Source: Veleropilina oligotropha (Eukaryota). Taken from it: DNA of 64,000 nt. The DNA lies in assembly GCA_048128005.1 (NCBI GenBank), contig JBEUKZ010000054.1:868001-932000 (forward strand). The letters run 5' to 3'. Each line of letters starts with the position of its first letter. The first letter of the stretch is position 1. The translations under genes were made by a program, and so were the position numbers. This document shows, piece by piece, positions 26,235 through 38,576 of the stretch. The notes below the pieces were generated by a model. That model was not told where the DNA came from. It worked only from the letters and a program-made list of their open reading frames with translations, and did not search any database.

Positions 26235-27658
26235 GTCAGTATATCAGATGCAATTGTCAAGTTCAAATATGGTGAGCTGTTGACCTTGACTGGTACTACT
26301 GTCATGGCCAGTCCAATTGTTAGGAATAATATTGAATTTAAAATATCATTATTTATAAATGTACCTTACCGTATTTGCGCGTGTACAAGTCGACCCGTTG
26401 CATAAGACGACCCCCCAACTTTCACTTTTGAAACCAGAATCATTTATATGCTGTTTGTATAAGACGACCCCCCAACTTCCAATTGTCAACCGGCTGCGAG
26501 ACCTCTTATGTTATAGGAGTAAGGCCTATATCTGCCAATTATTTCTGGTACGAGATATACTTGTTAATAAATAAGACTAGGTATATAAATAATGTTTAAT
26601 GATGACAACAAGTATAGAAGTACAACGATAATAGTAACAAAAAATAACAATAACAGTATCCTAACACTAAAAGTCTGTTGATGTCGCAATTAAATATGCA
26701 TGCATTGCCTACTGAAAATAATCCAACTCGGATTCGTTATCAGAGTCGCCGAACAAATCCCGAAACTCCGACTCGGTGTACACTCGTGCTTCGTCGTAAA
26801 TATCGTCGTAGGCATCGGTTTCATCGTCGATTGTTTCATCGACCGAGGTGTCGTTGCCCCCTGGTGTCGTGAATTCATTATATAATTCGTCATCTTCGCT
26901 ACCATCCATTGCGTTTGAAATGCCGCATTTCAAAAACGATTTCTGCACCATGTTTTCTGGAATGTCGCGCCAGGCCTCGATCACCCACGAAACGACAAGA
27001 TGCAGTGACGGTCGTTTCAGGGCACCTGATTTCGTCTTTTCGACGTCACCAGACATCATCCACGATGTCCATAGCCTCCTCATGTTCGTCTTGAACGGCT
27101 TGTTAAGACGCACGTCAAGCGGTTGAAGAATGGAAGTCGTTCCTCCCGGTATCACAACCATGTCGCATTGTTCACGCTTCACCCGGCATTTGATGCCTGC
27201 TGTCAGATGTGCACTAAACATGTCCCACACAAGCATGGAGCGGCGCTTGTGTAGGGCACCTGGGCGACTTCCCCACACTTTATCCAAGTACATCGACATC
27301 ATGTGTTCATTCACCCACCCTTTCTCATTAGCGGCGATAATGACTCCGCTCGGTAAATCCTTGGGTAGCGTTTTTCGTTTGAATATCAGCATTGGTTTTA
27401 GCTTAGTCCGGTCAGCCATAACAGTTAGAACAACCGTGAATCGCGTTTTTTCGTTCCCTGTTGTCCGAATAGAAACCGATTTCGACCCACTAAAATGGAC
27501 CGTCGAGTTTGACGGCATGTCAAACGTCATGGGCGTTTCGTCCATGTTGCCGATATAACATAGTTCGTATCCGTGGCGTTTTCTCAGATCGATGATGTAT
27601 TGATGGAAGCTATCCACTTTCGATTCGACATCTTTGGGCAGTTTTTGCACGATGTGGG

Positions 27659-29114
27659 CGGCACGTAGATATACCCCAATCGACCCCAATCGACCCCAAT
27701 CGAACCCCAATCGACCCCAATCGAACCCCAATCGACCCCCTGTCAACTATAATATACATCCATAATGTGCACATTATGATTTATTTAATTATATTAGGCC
27801 CAATTGCAATTGCGTACATCGTTTTTTAGTTCGCGGAAGTCGGGATCACAAATATTGAATTCGCGAAACGGTTCTAATTACACGAACTAAATCCAACTGG
27901 TAGCATGCAAATATGATAAACAATACAAATATATAATGAATTATGTTATCTTTATTTTGTAATAATTATTTTTATTGCGCTAAATAGTGTCCTTGTCGGT
28001 TCCGTTGTGTGCGCAAATCTACTTAACTATCAACAAAGTTTAGTTCAAGCAGAACTAACAAAAGATTATTTTCAATTAAAATACAGGGACCACGAATTTG
28101 GAATACATTGCAAATAACTTTACGTAATGCAAATACCATCTCCTGCTTTAAAAATCGACTCAAGACAACATTGCTTCAACAATATACAACTTTGCCATAA
28201 CCTCACTAACCGAAAATATTATTTGAAAATTGGCCAAAATATCCAAATCTATTAATTTAATCTATTATTTTAGCAATTTTCTACAAGAAATATTTAAAAA
28301 AAAATACAACATCAGGGTGTCTTTACCTCACAAGCCCGAAAGGGTTTCCCGAGACACCCTGCCATTACATCATATTACATTTCATGTTTAGTTTTATTAG
28401 TTTTGTAAATACAATAATATGTCTATACTTTTTTATATTAATGTCTATATTTTCTATTGTATTTAAATGTGCGATGGCAAATAAATGATTTGATTTGATT
28501 TGATTTGATTTGTTGCTTAATGTTATGCGATTGTTTTGACTGGATTTCGACCGTTGGAGATGTGCCAACCTCTGATCTCGAAACCGAGCCTTATATGGCG
28601 TATGCCGACGAGCACAAAGTATGAGGAAGCAGAAAGTGAACCTTTGATCTCGAAACCGAGCCTTATATGGCGTATGCCGACCAGCACAAAGTATGAGGAA
28701 TCAGAAATTGAACCTTTGATCTTATAGTAATACAAATAAATGCCCGATCAGGGCTTGAAGCCGCGTCATGGGCAAATATATAAGACATGGAGGTGTTAGT
28801 AGTTTTCTACACAACAGTCTAAATATAGCAACACAGAAAGTAACTGCGGAATTCAACATTTGCGCTCCCGACTTCGACGGACTCAAAAACGAAGTACGCA
28901 ATTGCAATTAAGCCTAAAATATTAATATAATTCATATTATTTACATTATCGATATATATTATAGTTGATATAGGTACGTTGCTGCATACTTGAGGTCGAT
29001 TGGGGTTCGATTGGGGTCGATTGGGGTTCGATTGGGTTCGATTGGGGTTCGATTGGGGTTCGATTGGGGTCGATTGGGTTCGATTGGGGTCGATTGGGGT
29101 AAATCGACGCACCC
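27659..29114. mobile_element. Long-TIR MITE with 8-9 bp TSD (MULE/Merlin-like) inserted in the transposase
   Basis: (C)GATGTGGG at 27650-27658 and 29114-29122; (GA(A)CCCCAATC)n / (GATTGGGGT(T)C)n subterminal arrays; inverted similarity extends about 200 bp inward. Confidence 0.88.
28300..28512 (+). mobile_element. Probable LINE 3' end fragment with (GATTT)n tail
   Basis: Stem-loop CAGGGTGTCT...AGACACCCTG, then AATAAA and about 5 GATTT repeats. Confidence 0.45.
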
Positions 29115-30804
29115 GATGTGGGTTCGTTGGCGAATGCATAGCCTGTTGCGGTTTAGAAAACGACTGCACAAGCCGATGGGAGCTTTAAAATCGGAACTTA
29201 AGTCGGGATAACGTTTTGATTTCACAAGTCTTAGGGCTTCGAATCGTATCGCGAGTCGAGTAACCACTAGAGCGTCGTTTCGGAGTTCGGTTATCCACTT
29301 TACAAGTTCGCTCTCTAATTCGGCATACGGGGTTACCCTAAATCGTCTAGCGCGTTTAGCCTTTGGCATACCCGATAGCGCACATTTGTTTTTTCGCCAA
29401 TCCCGCACCAACTTTTCCGACACACCAAATTCTCGTTCAGCTGCACAATTATTATTCGATTCCGCGAATTCGACAACCCGAAGCTTGAACCCCGCTTCGT
29501 ATGACATTCTCTTGCGTTTCATACCACTCATGATGATAAAATTAATTTGAACTGGAAAAGATAGCTGGAATATTGCGTATATGGTTATCAGTGACGAATG
29601 CACGATATCTGATGCATTGCGAAGTCTGGTTATATATCATTCAACATTATAATCCGAGTAGGTGACGTCAGATCAGATTAAAGGCAATGTTTCAATAACA
29701 GTGGGATTAAACCTGCAGAATTGAAAGATGAAACGAAATGTTCTTTTGAAAATATCCGCAAAATACAGAATGCAGTCCTGATTAAGTCGTCACTTGGCTA
29801 GGCTAATCCTCTAACAAAGTTGAATAGAAATCACTAACGATATCGATTTATTTGATTGACCGACAGTATTGTTTGTCAACAATAATCTATTAGACAAAAA
29901 TGCATTCAGTGGTAATTAGGGCCTACACCCTTTTATTCAGAAACCTCAAACAAAGCATTAACATCGCATCTAGGCTACACAAAACAATGTCTCGTGCGTT
30001 TGCTTTGCATGAATACCGGTAGCCAAAGTTCAGAGGTCATGCATAGTAATTAGCTCTTACCACAGTCTGTGACGCTCCCTATTGGGTAAACTATATCGAT
30101 AATTAACTATTTTACGTAGGTTACATATGAAATATTACTTACAGTTAGACACACTAAATTGATAATTATAATACAACAATAATGTCTTAAACTGTTAATT
30201 TAAAAATGTACAATATGCGTATGCGAGATCAGTATTTGTTGGGTCTACAAGAACAGGGTAACAACGCTTGAACGGGTGCCATGTTTCATTGTTACACACG
30301 CGGACCAATTCAATGCTCCGATGAATTCTAATTACCGGTAAACATTAATTGCTTATTATTATGTTTTAGTGAAGACATTCTGGTAGGATAAACTTTTCTG
30401 TCTAAAGTTATAACGTAAATAAAAAAAAGTATTTGTTCAATAAAATGTTTCGCGTTTTGAGGTTTATAATGTCGCAATTTATCAAACAAAGTGAAAGTAG
30501 CGGACATAAGTTATGATAAACTAACGTATTACAGTCTAACTTTGATATATTTCACCAGCATTCGACTAAAATCATGATATGTTGTGTGTATAACTATAAG
30601 ACAACCCCCCAACTTCGGGACTTCGAAAATGTGAAAAAATAGTCGACTTATACACGCGCAAATACGGTAATTGTTTTTTTCCACAATGTATATATTTTGA
30701 AAGTGTCTTTTAATTTTATCTTTAATTTAAAATAGGTAATATTATGGTTGGTATGACATGATTGTTCTTTAGCAATTGGATATTTGATTCTTATTTTTAT
30801 TCAG

Positions 30805-30939
30805 GAATGGCGACCATATCGGATTGCCTCCCCTGTTTAGGAGGTTACTACTGTTTCCAGTTGGGGGCGCTGAACTTTGACTTCAGTCTCAATGATACTG
30901 GGACTGGTCCATGTGATCCAGGATACTATTGCAAACAAG
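30805..30939 (+). CDS. Cys-rich repeat protein, exon e
   Basis: ATTCAG|GA ... G|GTATAG; MATISDCLPCLGGYYC...CDPGYYCKQ. Confidence 0.88.
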
Positions 30940-31904
30940 GTATAGGAAATAATGATTTGATTTGTGTAATAGCCTATAATGTAATCTTAAATGGTAAGTA
31001 ATAGATAATGCCAGAGTCGTCAAGTCTCACGAATTTGGCATGAGTCTCACGCTCGCTGAAGCAATCTCACGCTCATGTCGAATTTCTCACGCTTTTAAAA
31101 AAAATCCTGATTTCTCCCGTTTTCATGCATTTTTGTACCAGAAACATGTCTAAAGCAGGGGTTCATGATAGCAATCGATGTTATCCAATTAGCCCGAAGA
31201 CTGCTTTACCTTAATTGCTTCAATTAGCCTGAAGAATGTTTTACCTTAAATTGGCTTAATTGCTTCCCCTCATCTATGATGTTTATTTAACGGCCCAAGC
31301 TACTTAATGGCCATTTCGCAGTACTCTTTGTTGATACGCAATTACTGTTCCAAATACTGGACTAGTATTTCAGTTTAAGAATATCTTTTATTCTTAATAA
31401 TGGCGTTTAAATGTTGTAATAAATGTAAAACAGCATGTAAGCGCCAATATAACTTTATAAGCAACGTGCTTATCACAAAAACGGAAATGACGCAAAAAGG
31501 AAATGATGTCTCGCGTTCTTTTAAAAGATCTTTTAAACCTCGTTCAACAGTTTCAAATAAATTAAATGCAAAAACATAGTGGTCTCGTTTTCGTTGTAAT
31601 GATGTATAGCAGTTTACGAACGGTATGATATTTTAAGGTCATATGGCCTCTGGATAACACCGCGAAACACACAAAGGTAGTTGTACTTATAAATTGGTAA
31701 TAAATACGGCATGTGTGCGCATACAATTACAAAATACTTATTCGCGTTAATGGTACAATTGTGGCTACGTTCTGTTGGATTCATAATGTGCGGAAGTCGG
31801 GCCATTATCCGACGACCGCAAATAACTTTATTGCAATTAATGAGAACAATGATCCGAACAACATCGCTCAATTAAAGAATAACGGTACCATTCGTTTGTC
31901 AAGC

Positions 31905-34900
31905 AGTGTACCACAGTTGCGACAAGGCAAGGGTGTTGATGACCATGACCCGACCAAACAAGGACATTGGCCTCCTGCGCCACCGTGCTAAGGTGGTACA
32001 CACTTTGTCGACGCGAAAGGTCCAATTATCCAATTATTCCGGATTATTGCGGATGCAAGCACCTCGTACTTCCGCTCCAATCACATAGAGGAGCGAAGAC
32101 AAGGGACACCCCTGTCTAACACCACGCGCCGGAAACAGGGTCAGTAAGGAAATTATTAATAATAACCCTACTGGAAATGCCACTGTAACAGGTCCTAATA
32201 TATCAGTCGGTCGGCGGTCTACTTGATACCAAGTGGACTGTCAGTCCTATCTCTCCAGGAACCAAGAAAAGTAACCTTACCCCCTGAAGCTGCCTCATAA
32301 TCTTTGAGAACAGACGATAGTACGTCAAAGTCATGATCGTTACCAGGAAATAGGGTGGTGTCATCGGCATGCTGAGATATTTCCAGTGCCTCCGACACCC
32401 CTGGTACAGTGACTCCCTGAAATTCCGGATTATTGCGGATGCAAGCACCTAGTACTTCCGCTCCAATCACATAGAGGAGCGAAGACAAGGGACACCCCTG
32501 TCTAACACCACGCGCCGGAAAAACAGGGTCAGTAAGGAAATTATTAATAATAACCCTACTGGAAATGCCACTGTAACAGGTCCTAATATATCCTATAAAT
32601 TTAGTACCAAAGCCCATCTTTCCCAGGAACTAATAAAGAAAGTCCCTTCTCGTTATCGAGACTAAGGACACCGCAAGGAATGTCCTCACTGTCCGCCATC
32701 TCTATGAGGTCACGGACAAGTAAGGAATTGGTTCTCGTGCACCACATGGTGCAGAACCTTTCCCAGGCGCAAGGTAATGGCTTTGGTAATAATGTTATAG
32801 TCAGCACAAAGAAGGGAGATAGGCCGCCAGTTCTTTAAATCGGCCTTATCCCCTTTCTTGTAAAGAAGTCGAACAACAGCTTCTAACATGGTGGGAGACA
32901 TCCCACCCTGTTTAAAAATGGCATCAGCCACTTCCATAAATGATGGCCCAATAAGAGGCCAAAAATGCTGGTAATATTCTGCCGGGATACCATCGATTCC
33001 TGGAGATTTGCCAGCATTCATGCTTTTATTGGAATCTGTGAGCTCCTCGAAAGATGAGGAGTCACAAGATTCCTTTAAATGTAAAGGTAGAACCTTATTT
33101 AAGTTATCAAGCAGAGGGTCCATGGTATCCATGTTAACTCACTCTGACTTGAATAAGGTAGAATAAAAGTCATGGGCAATCCCCAGCATCTCATCTTGAG
33201 ATGTGAGAATTGCACCATCCAAAGAGGATAGGGACCTAAAAGAATGCCCTATCCCCTTATAGCGCTCAAGAGAGCAGAAATATTTAGAAGGCTTCTCTGC
33301 TTCCAAAAGCCACTGTACACGAGATCGGACCTTGTCCCCTTCGTATTCAATCGACTGAAGTTCGGCTAGTTGGGCTTTGATCTTGACCTTGACCTTGCCC
33401 TCTTCCCACCAGTCCACGATGTTGTCAAAAGTGTCCTTCAGCGATTCCCAAGAAGGCCAAAAGTCTGACATGGCATCTTGAAAAGTGACATCTTGAATGA
33501 GAGAAGCATTCATTTTCCAGTAGCCGGGGCCATGAGTGAGCCACTCGGCACTGTCCAATGAATTGGAATATAAACTACGGTCTGAATAATTCAGACTCAT
33601 ACTTAATGATTTAGTTGAATATCCTTCTAGTGAGGATGATATATAGATCCGGTCTAACCGGGATGATACATCCCCAGTGGGAGAGGTCCAAGTGTAACTC
33701 TCCTTATCTGGGTGTAGGATGCGGAAGGAATCGAGGAGGTGATACTCCCCGCACACTGCCTGAAGTGGAAGGGCGGAAGTGTCAGTGAGTGGAGCATCAC
33801 TTCGTCGATCCTTAATGTCAAATATGCAGTTAAAATCCCCACCGAGAATAATATTATCATCGGATGGGGATATAACGGATTTAAGTGATGTGAAAAATGT
33901 CTTGCAGGAGGGTAGGTCGGTGCATAAACACAGCATAAGGTGAAAGTGTCCTGGGAATACTGCACTACAACCTTCACCCAGCGACCATCAGGGTCAGCTG
34001 AGGAGGATACGATGGTGGTAAATTGTAGAAACTGGGGTAACAAAAGTATCGCCACCCCTGCAGCATACCGAGAACCGCTGGCTATGAACACCTTCCCATC
34101 TGTCAGTCTGACCAATTTGGTAGTACGTATCAGAAACTGACAAAAAGTGGGTCTCCTGCTAGAATAGCACATCTAACTTGAACTTCTTGAAATCAGAAGC
34201 CAAGGAAAGTTGTTTGGTCTCATTTACCAAACCGCCGCAATTAAAGGTGGCAATGCGCAGCATTTTATTTCCTTGGCTTCTGTTTCGTGAGTACTTTAAC
34301 CTTTTGGTTAAAGTCTATTGTGGACAAGTCCACCCAGTAAAACGAGCTATACGGGGATGACCCAGGGAGTTTGGTCCGCTTGAATTTGCGGTAAACTATA
34401 CCTTCTTTGTAAACACAAGGGACCAACACCTCTCCATGTGCTCCCTCATAAGCAGGTTGGTTTCTCCCAAAATTCACTTTGGGTCGGCTGACTGCCGATA
34501 AATGTTCGGTCTCTGACTCGGACGACGAGTCAGCGGCAGCTCGCTTCAGTGAGAGTGCCTTCGCCAACCATGCATCTATGTCCATCGGTATGGACACGGG
34601 CGCTGACTGCAGGGCTTCTGCAAAGGTGGTGGGAACACTCCCAGAAGTCAAACTCTTCGATGAAGATGGACAAGGGACCAACTTCACCGAAGACACAATC
34701 TGAATTGGGATAAAAGAGTCCCGGATGGTTGCATCTTTGGATTGCTTCTTGTAGGGCACCATCCTGGGACTGGGCTTTGTAGGGAGCGTACGACCCCCGG
34801 TCTTCCCTTTACTGGGTGGAGTAGTCCCTGTTATGGGCGTCTGAGTCTGCCCAACAGACTTTGATGATGGCTGGGTCTGTTGAACAGACTCAGAAGCAGG

Positions 34901-36276
34901 TGTAGGCCGAGTCTTAGAACCAGACTCGGCAGAAAAGCGGTTCTGTGTTGTCATCGCTGGTGTAATAACAGTCGCCGATGGTGACGTCGTCGTACGACAA
35001 TCGCAGATTTTATAACGTCTGATACATAGTTCCGGACATCTGCGACTGCCGGAACAATAATAGTGGATGTCTTTGACTTGGGCAATGAGAGAGATGCTAT
35101 TGGTACTGCAGTCACAGTACGCATTGCCTGAGTCTTAGGCATAATATTGACAGGGACCGAAGTGCCAGGGGTAACTTGGTCCTGTCGTGGGGAAGCCCTT
35201 TTGGCCTTTGTGGGGCACTTTGATTGGAGGTGGCCCTCCTCGCCACAATCAAAATACAAGTTTTTGGAGGGACACCTCCGAGCGAATTGCCCTCGTGGTA
35301 CTCGCGTACCACGGACTCTACCCGCCCAAAGACCGAAAAGGCTTCCTTAACATCAACGTCAGAGATTTCCAGAGGAACTCTGACGTTAATTAGCACGCGA
35401 TTTGTATCTGGCAGTTAACCCCGCTGATAACAAGATCGCTATCAATTAATTTGTCTCTGATGACCGGCGTGGCCACAGAGACATTCCAGATTGATTTTCG
35501 GATATGGATCAGGCCCTTGAGCAATTCAGGGCCTGTCCCGATAATCTCCCTCAAGGCACGATAGACGTCCACTGCCGCCATCTTATCGTGCCTTGTATCT
35601 AGTCGAAGGGACAGTGGTCTAGATACAGAAGACGCCATGTCTATTTAAACCACTGCCCCTTTAATTATAATATAATAAAATAAATAGGCACGAAAACCAA
35701 GCAGTTATGCTATAAATAAATTTGTGGACGGTGGCTATTGTTTCGTATGAAACAGTGACCGCCGCCAAAAGAACCAAGGCTTTGCGTGCAACCTTTTGAT
35801 GTCGATTTCAGGCCGACACAAAGCCTAATATGATCTTATAATAACCGGTAGCTGGTCCTACAATCCCGGATGTTGGGTGTAGAACCAGGATGTTAAATTT
35901 AAACAACTGTTTTTGGTGAATAAAACCGAAATAAATAAAAAAAAAACTAGCGGTCCGCTAATAAATAATAAACTTAAGATACAAGACTTAGTGTATTTGA
36001 AGGGTGTCCCTGGTGAAATTCGCGATGCAAAAGTGTTGTTTCGTAACAATACTAACGGGAGATAACTCTCGCTAGTGGTTTGTTGACAACACTTTTGCAA
36101 AATTTCAACCTTCAAATACACAAAATTAACAATATATAATACAAAATCAACCTAGCGGTTGGTAAGTATAATGCTTTATAGCAACCTTACAACCGAAAAC
36201 TAGAGTTGCAAGGTTGAAATAAAGGCAATTTAGATTAATAGCCGGGAGCGCGAGAAAACACGTCTGGCGAGCTATC
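31905..36276 (-). mobile_element. Decayed Tx1/L1-clade non-LTR retrotransposon (ORF1 with zinc knuckle; ORF2 APE endonuclease and RT), 3'-truncated
   Basis: ORF1 from 35638 with knuckle DCGEEGHLQSKC; ORF2 ATG at 34263 (MLRIATFNCGGL), GGDFNC, SRLDRIY, GPGYWKMN, KSPGIDG, NWRPISLL, GVRQGCPLS, QHADD, and WRRRPMSLFGRVMVINTLALSQLWY near 31910-32030; many frameshifts. Confidence 0.9.
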
Positions 36277-36484
36277 TTTTTTGTTTTTTTTGTTTTTTTG
36301 TTTTTTTGTTCTCACCGGGGAGCTAAGTCCCCGATGTCATAGGGCCGAAAGGGTAATAATCGATATACGGGTAAATTTTACTTGTATATCGCATTAACGG
36401 CACATAGTGCCTACTTTACAGACAGACAGGCCTAAAATGTTGCTTCAATACAAACATATTATAACATATATACTGATCAAAAAT

Positions 36485-36523
36485 ACATATCTATATATCT
36501 ATCTATATATCTATCTATATATC

Positions 36524-36557
<34 letters not shown>

Positions 36558-36848
36558 TGTATGTATGTATGTATGTATGTATGTATGTATGTATGTATGT
36601 ATGTATGTATGTATGTATGTATGTATGTATGTATGTATGTATGTATGTATGTATGTATGTATGTATGTATGTATGTATGTATGTATGTATGTATGTATGT
36701 ATGTATGTATGTATGTATGTATGTATGTATGTATGTATGTATGTATGTATGTATGTATGTATGTATGTATGTGTGTATGCATGCATGCATGCATGCATGC
36801 ATGCATGCATGCATGCATGCATGCATGCATGCATGCATACATATATAC
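36485..36848. repeat. Compound microsatellite (ATCT/AT), (GTAT)n, (GCAT)n
   Basis: About 60 GTAT then about 15 GCAT units. Confidence 0.97.
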
Positions 36849-36875
36849 GCAACCAATTTGATATAATGCGACGTC

Positions 36876-38519
36876 TTGAGAAAAATCTCCCCCTCTGACC
36901 TCCAGCTTGAGGATCCTTCAGATATTCCACATACATGTATCACCAATTTCAAGGCATTTTCAGAAGTTGAAGTCCTGAAAATCATCAAGGAATCCAAACC
37001 AACTTACTGCGACCTCGATCCTGCTCCTACAAGTTTCATCCTAGAATTCTTGGATATTCTCCTACCTGTCTTCACCCGGATTATAAACCTCAGTGTTTCA
37101 TCTGGACATGTACCTGACTGTCTCAAGCAAGCCATTGTGAAACCTCTACTGAAGAAGAGTGGCTTGGATACAGAAAACCTCTCGAACTATAGACCTGTCT
37201 CCAATCTTTCGTTTGTTTCCAAGGTCGTGGAAAAGGCTGTGAAAACTCGCCTTTCCACTTATCTCGATTCCAACCACTTGTATGACAAATTCCAATCAGC
37301 CTACCGAGCTAACCACAGCACCGAGACAGCGCTACTATCGGTTATGGACAACCTTCTTTCTGCAGCAGACTCGGGTCAGGTTAGTGTTCTTGTGCTCCTG
37401 GATCTATCGGCGGCAATTGACACTATTGACCACAAACTCCTTCTTGACTGTCTTCAAAATCGTATTGGTTTGGATGGTGCAGCCTTAGACTGGTTTTCTT
37501 CGTATTTGTGTAACAGAAATCAGAGTGTCCGAGTACATGATGCAAGTTCTGAGACTCATGAAATGGTTTATGGTGTGCCACAAGGTTCCGTCCTGGGACC
37601 TGTGTTGTTCACAATATACATTGGTGAACTCGGAACATTGATCAGCAGTCACAACATCGACCATACTGGATATGCTGATGATACACAGCTCCTGAAGTCC
37701 AGCTCCCCAAACCATCTTGAAGAAGAGGTCACTAAACTCGAAGGCTGCATCTCCGATGTGAAGACGTGGATGACCGCAAGCAAGCTGAAGCTAAATGACA
37801 ATAAGACGGAGGTTCTCCTCGCTGGCTCAACCATCAACAGAGCTAAGGTTCAGCTAAATTCTATTATTGTTGGCGAGTCTGAAATCCCTTTCAGTTCCAC
37901 TGTGAAAAATCTTGGTGTTATTTTTTATGCAAGCCTGTCTTTGGAAGCGCACGTCAACACCGTCAGTAGAACATGTTACTACCACCTTCGAAATATTGCC
38001 AATATCCGCCATCTAATCACACTTGATGCAGCACATCACCTTGCAAGATCGTTGATCCTCTCAAGACTAGATTACTGCAATAGTCTTCTCGGAAATGCCC
38101 GTCAAGACCTCATTTCTAAACTTCAACGTGTCCAAAATGCAGCAGCAAGACTCGTCACTAAAGGCAACAAACGTTCTCACATCTCCCCAGTACTCATCCA
38201 GCTCCACTGGTTGCCAATTCAAGCCAGGATCGATTACAAAATACTCAGCACCACGTACAGATGTATTCACGGAACAGCTCCATCCTACCTCTCTGACTTA
38301 GTCAAGCAGTATGTACCTACTCGCGCCCTCAGATCAGCCTCCAACTCTCAGCTTGTTGTGCCAGCGGCTCGTCTGAAGACTTTTGGACAACGTTCATTCA
38401 CTTTCACATCTGCATCTCTCTGGAACTCGCTCCCTCTGACCATAAAGGAATCTCTAACACTGAACACTTTCAAATCGAGACTCAAAACCCACCTGTTTCA
38501 CAAATACCATCATGTGTAA
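36876..38519 (+). mobile_element. 5'-truncated L2/CR1-group LINE; uninterrupted RT ORF, 3' tail to ~38580
   Basis: NYRPVSNL, QSAYRANHSTETAL, LDLSAAIDTIDH, GVPQGSVLGP, YADDTQL, KNLGV, SRLDYCNSLL, LHWLP, FKSRLKTHLF; short tail TGCGCAACGAGC...GCGCTATATAAG. Confidence 0.92.
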
Positions 38520-38576
38520 AGACTGCGCAACGAGCAATCACTTGGTGTTTGGAACATTGGCGCTATATAAGACTAC

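Larger units (their letters stand above)
26709..29531 (-). pseudogene. DD35D pogo transposase (Brinker-like DBD, CENP-B HTH, DDE_1), split by a MITE
   Basis: N-part SYEAGFKLRVVEFAE...AAEREFGVSEKLVRDWRK; C-part GNMDETP, LVWDMFSAH, QPLDVRLNKPFK with 35 residues between the last two Asp. Removing 27659-29114 and one TSD copy restores RQRTHIVQKLP in frame. Confidence 0.9.
26369..30667 (-). mobile_element. pogo-superfamily (Passer/POGK-like) DNA transposon, full length, TA TSD
   Basis: TA|CCGTATTTGCGCGTGTACAAGTCGAC ... GTCGACTTATACACGCGCAAATACGG|TA; subterminal ATAAGAC.ACCCCCCAACTT repeats. Confidence 0.92.

Noticed and set aside
31012..31100. hAT-like terminus CAGAGTCGTCAAGTCTCACG with TCTCACG repeats
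   Set aside because: No matching opposite end or TSD found, so not called as an element.
36311..36360. Hammerhead-ribozyme-like look (CCGATG...GGCCGAAAG)
   Set aside because: Lacks the CTGANGA core and a closable three-stem fold.
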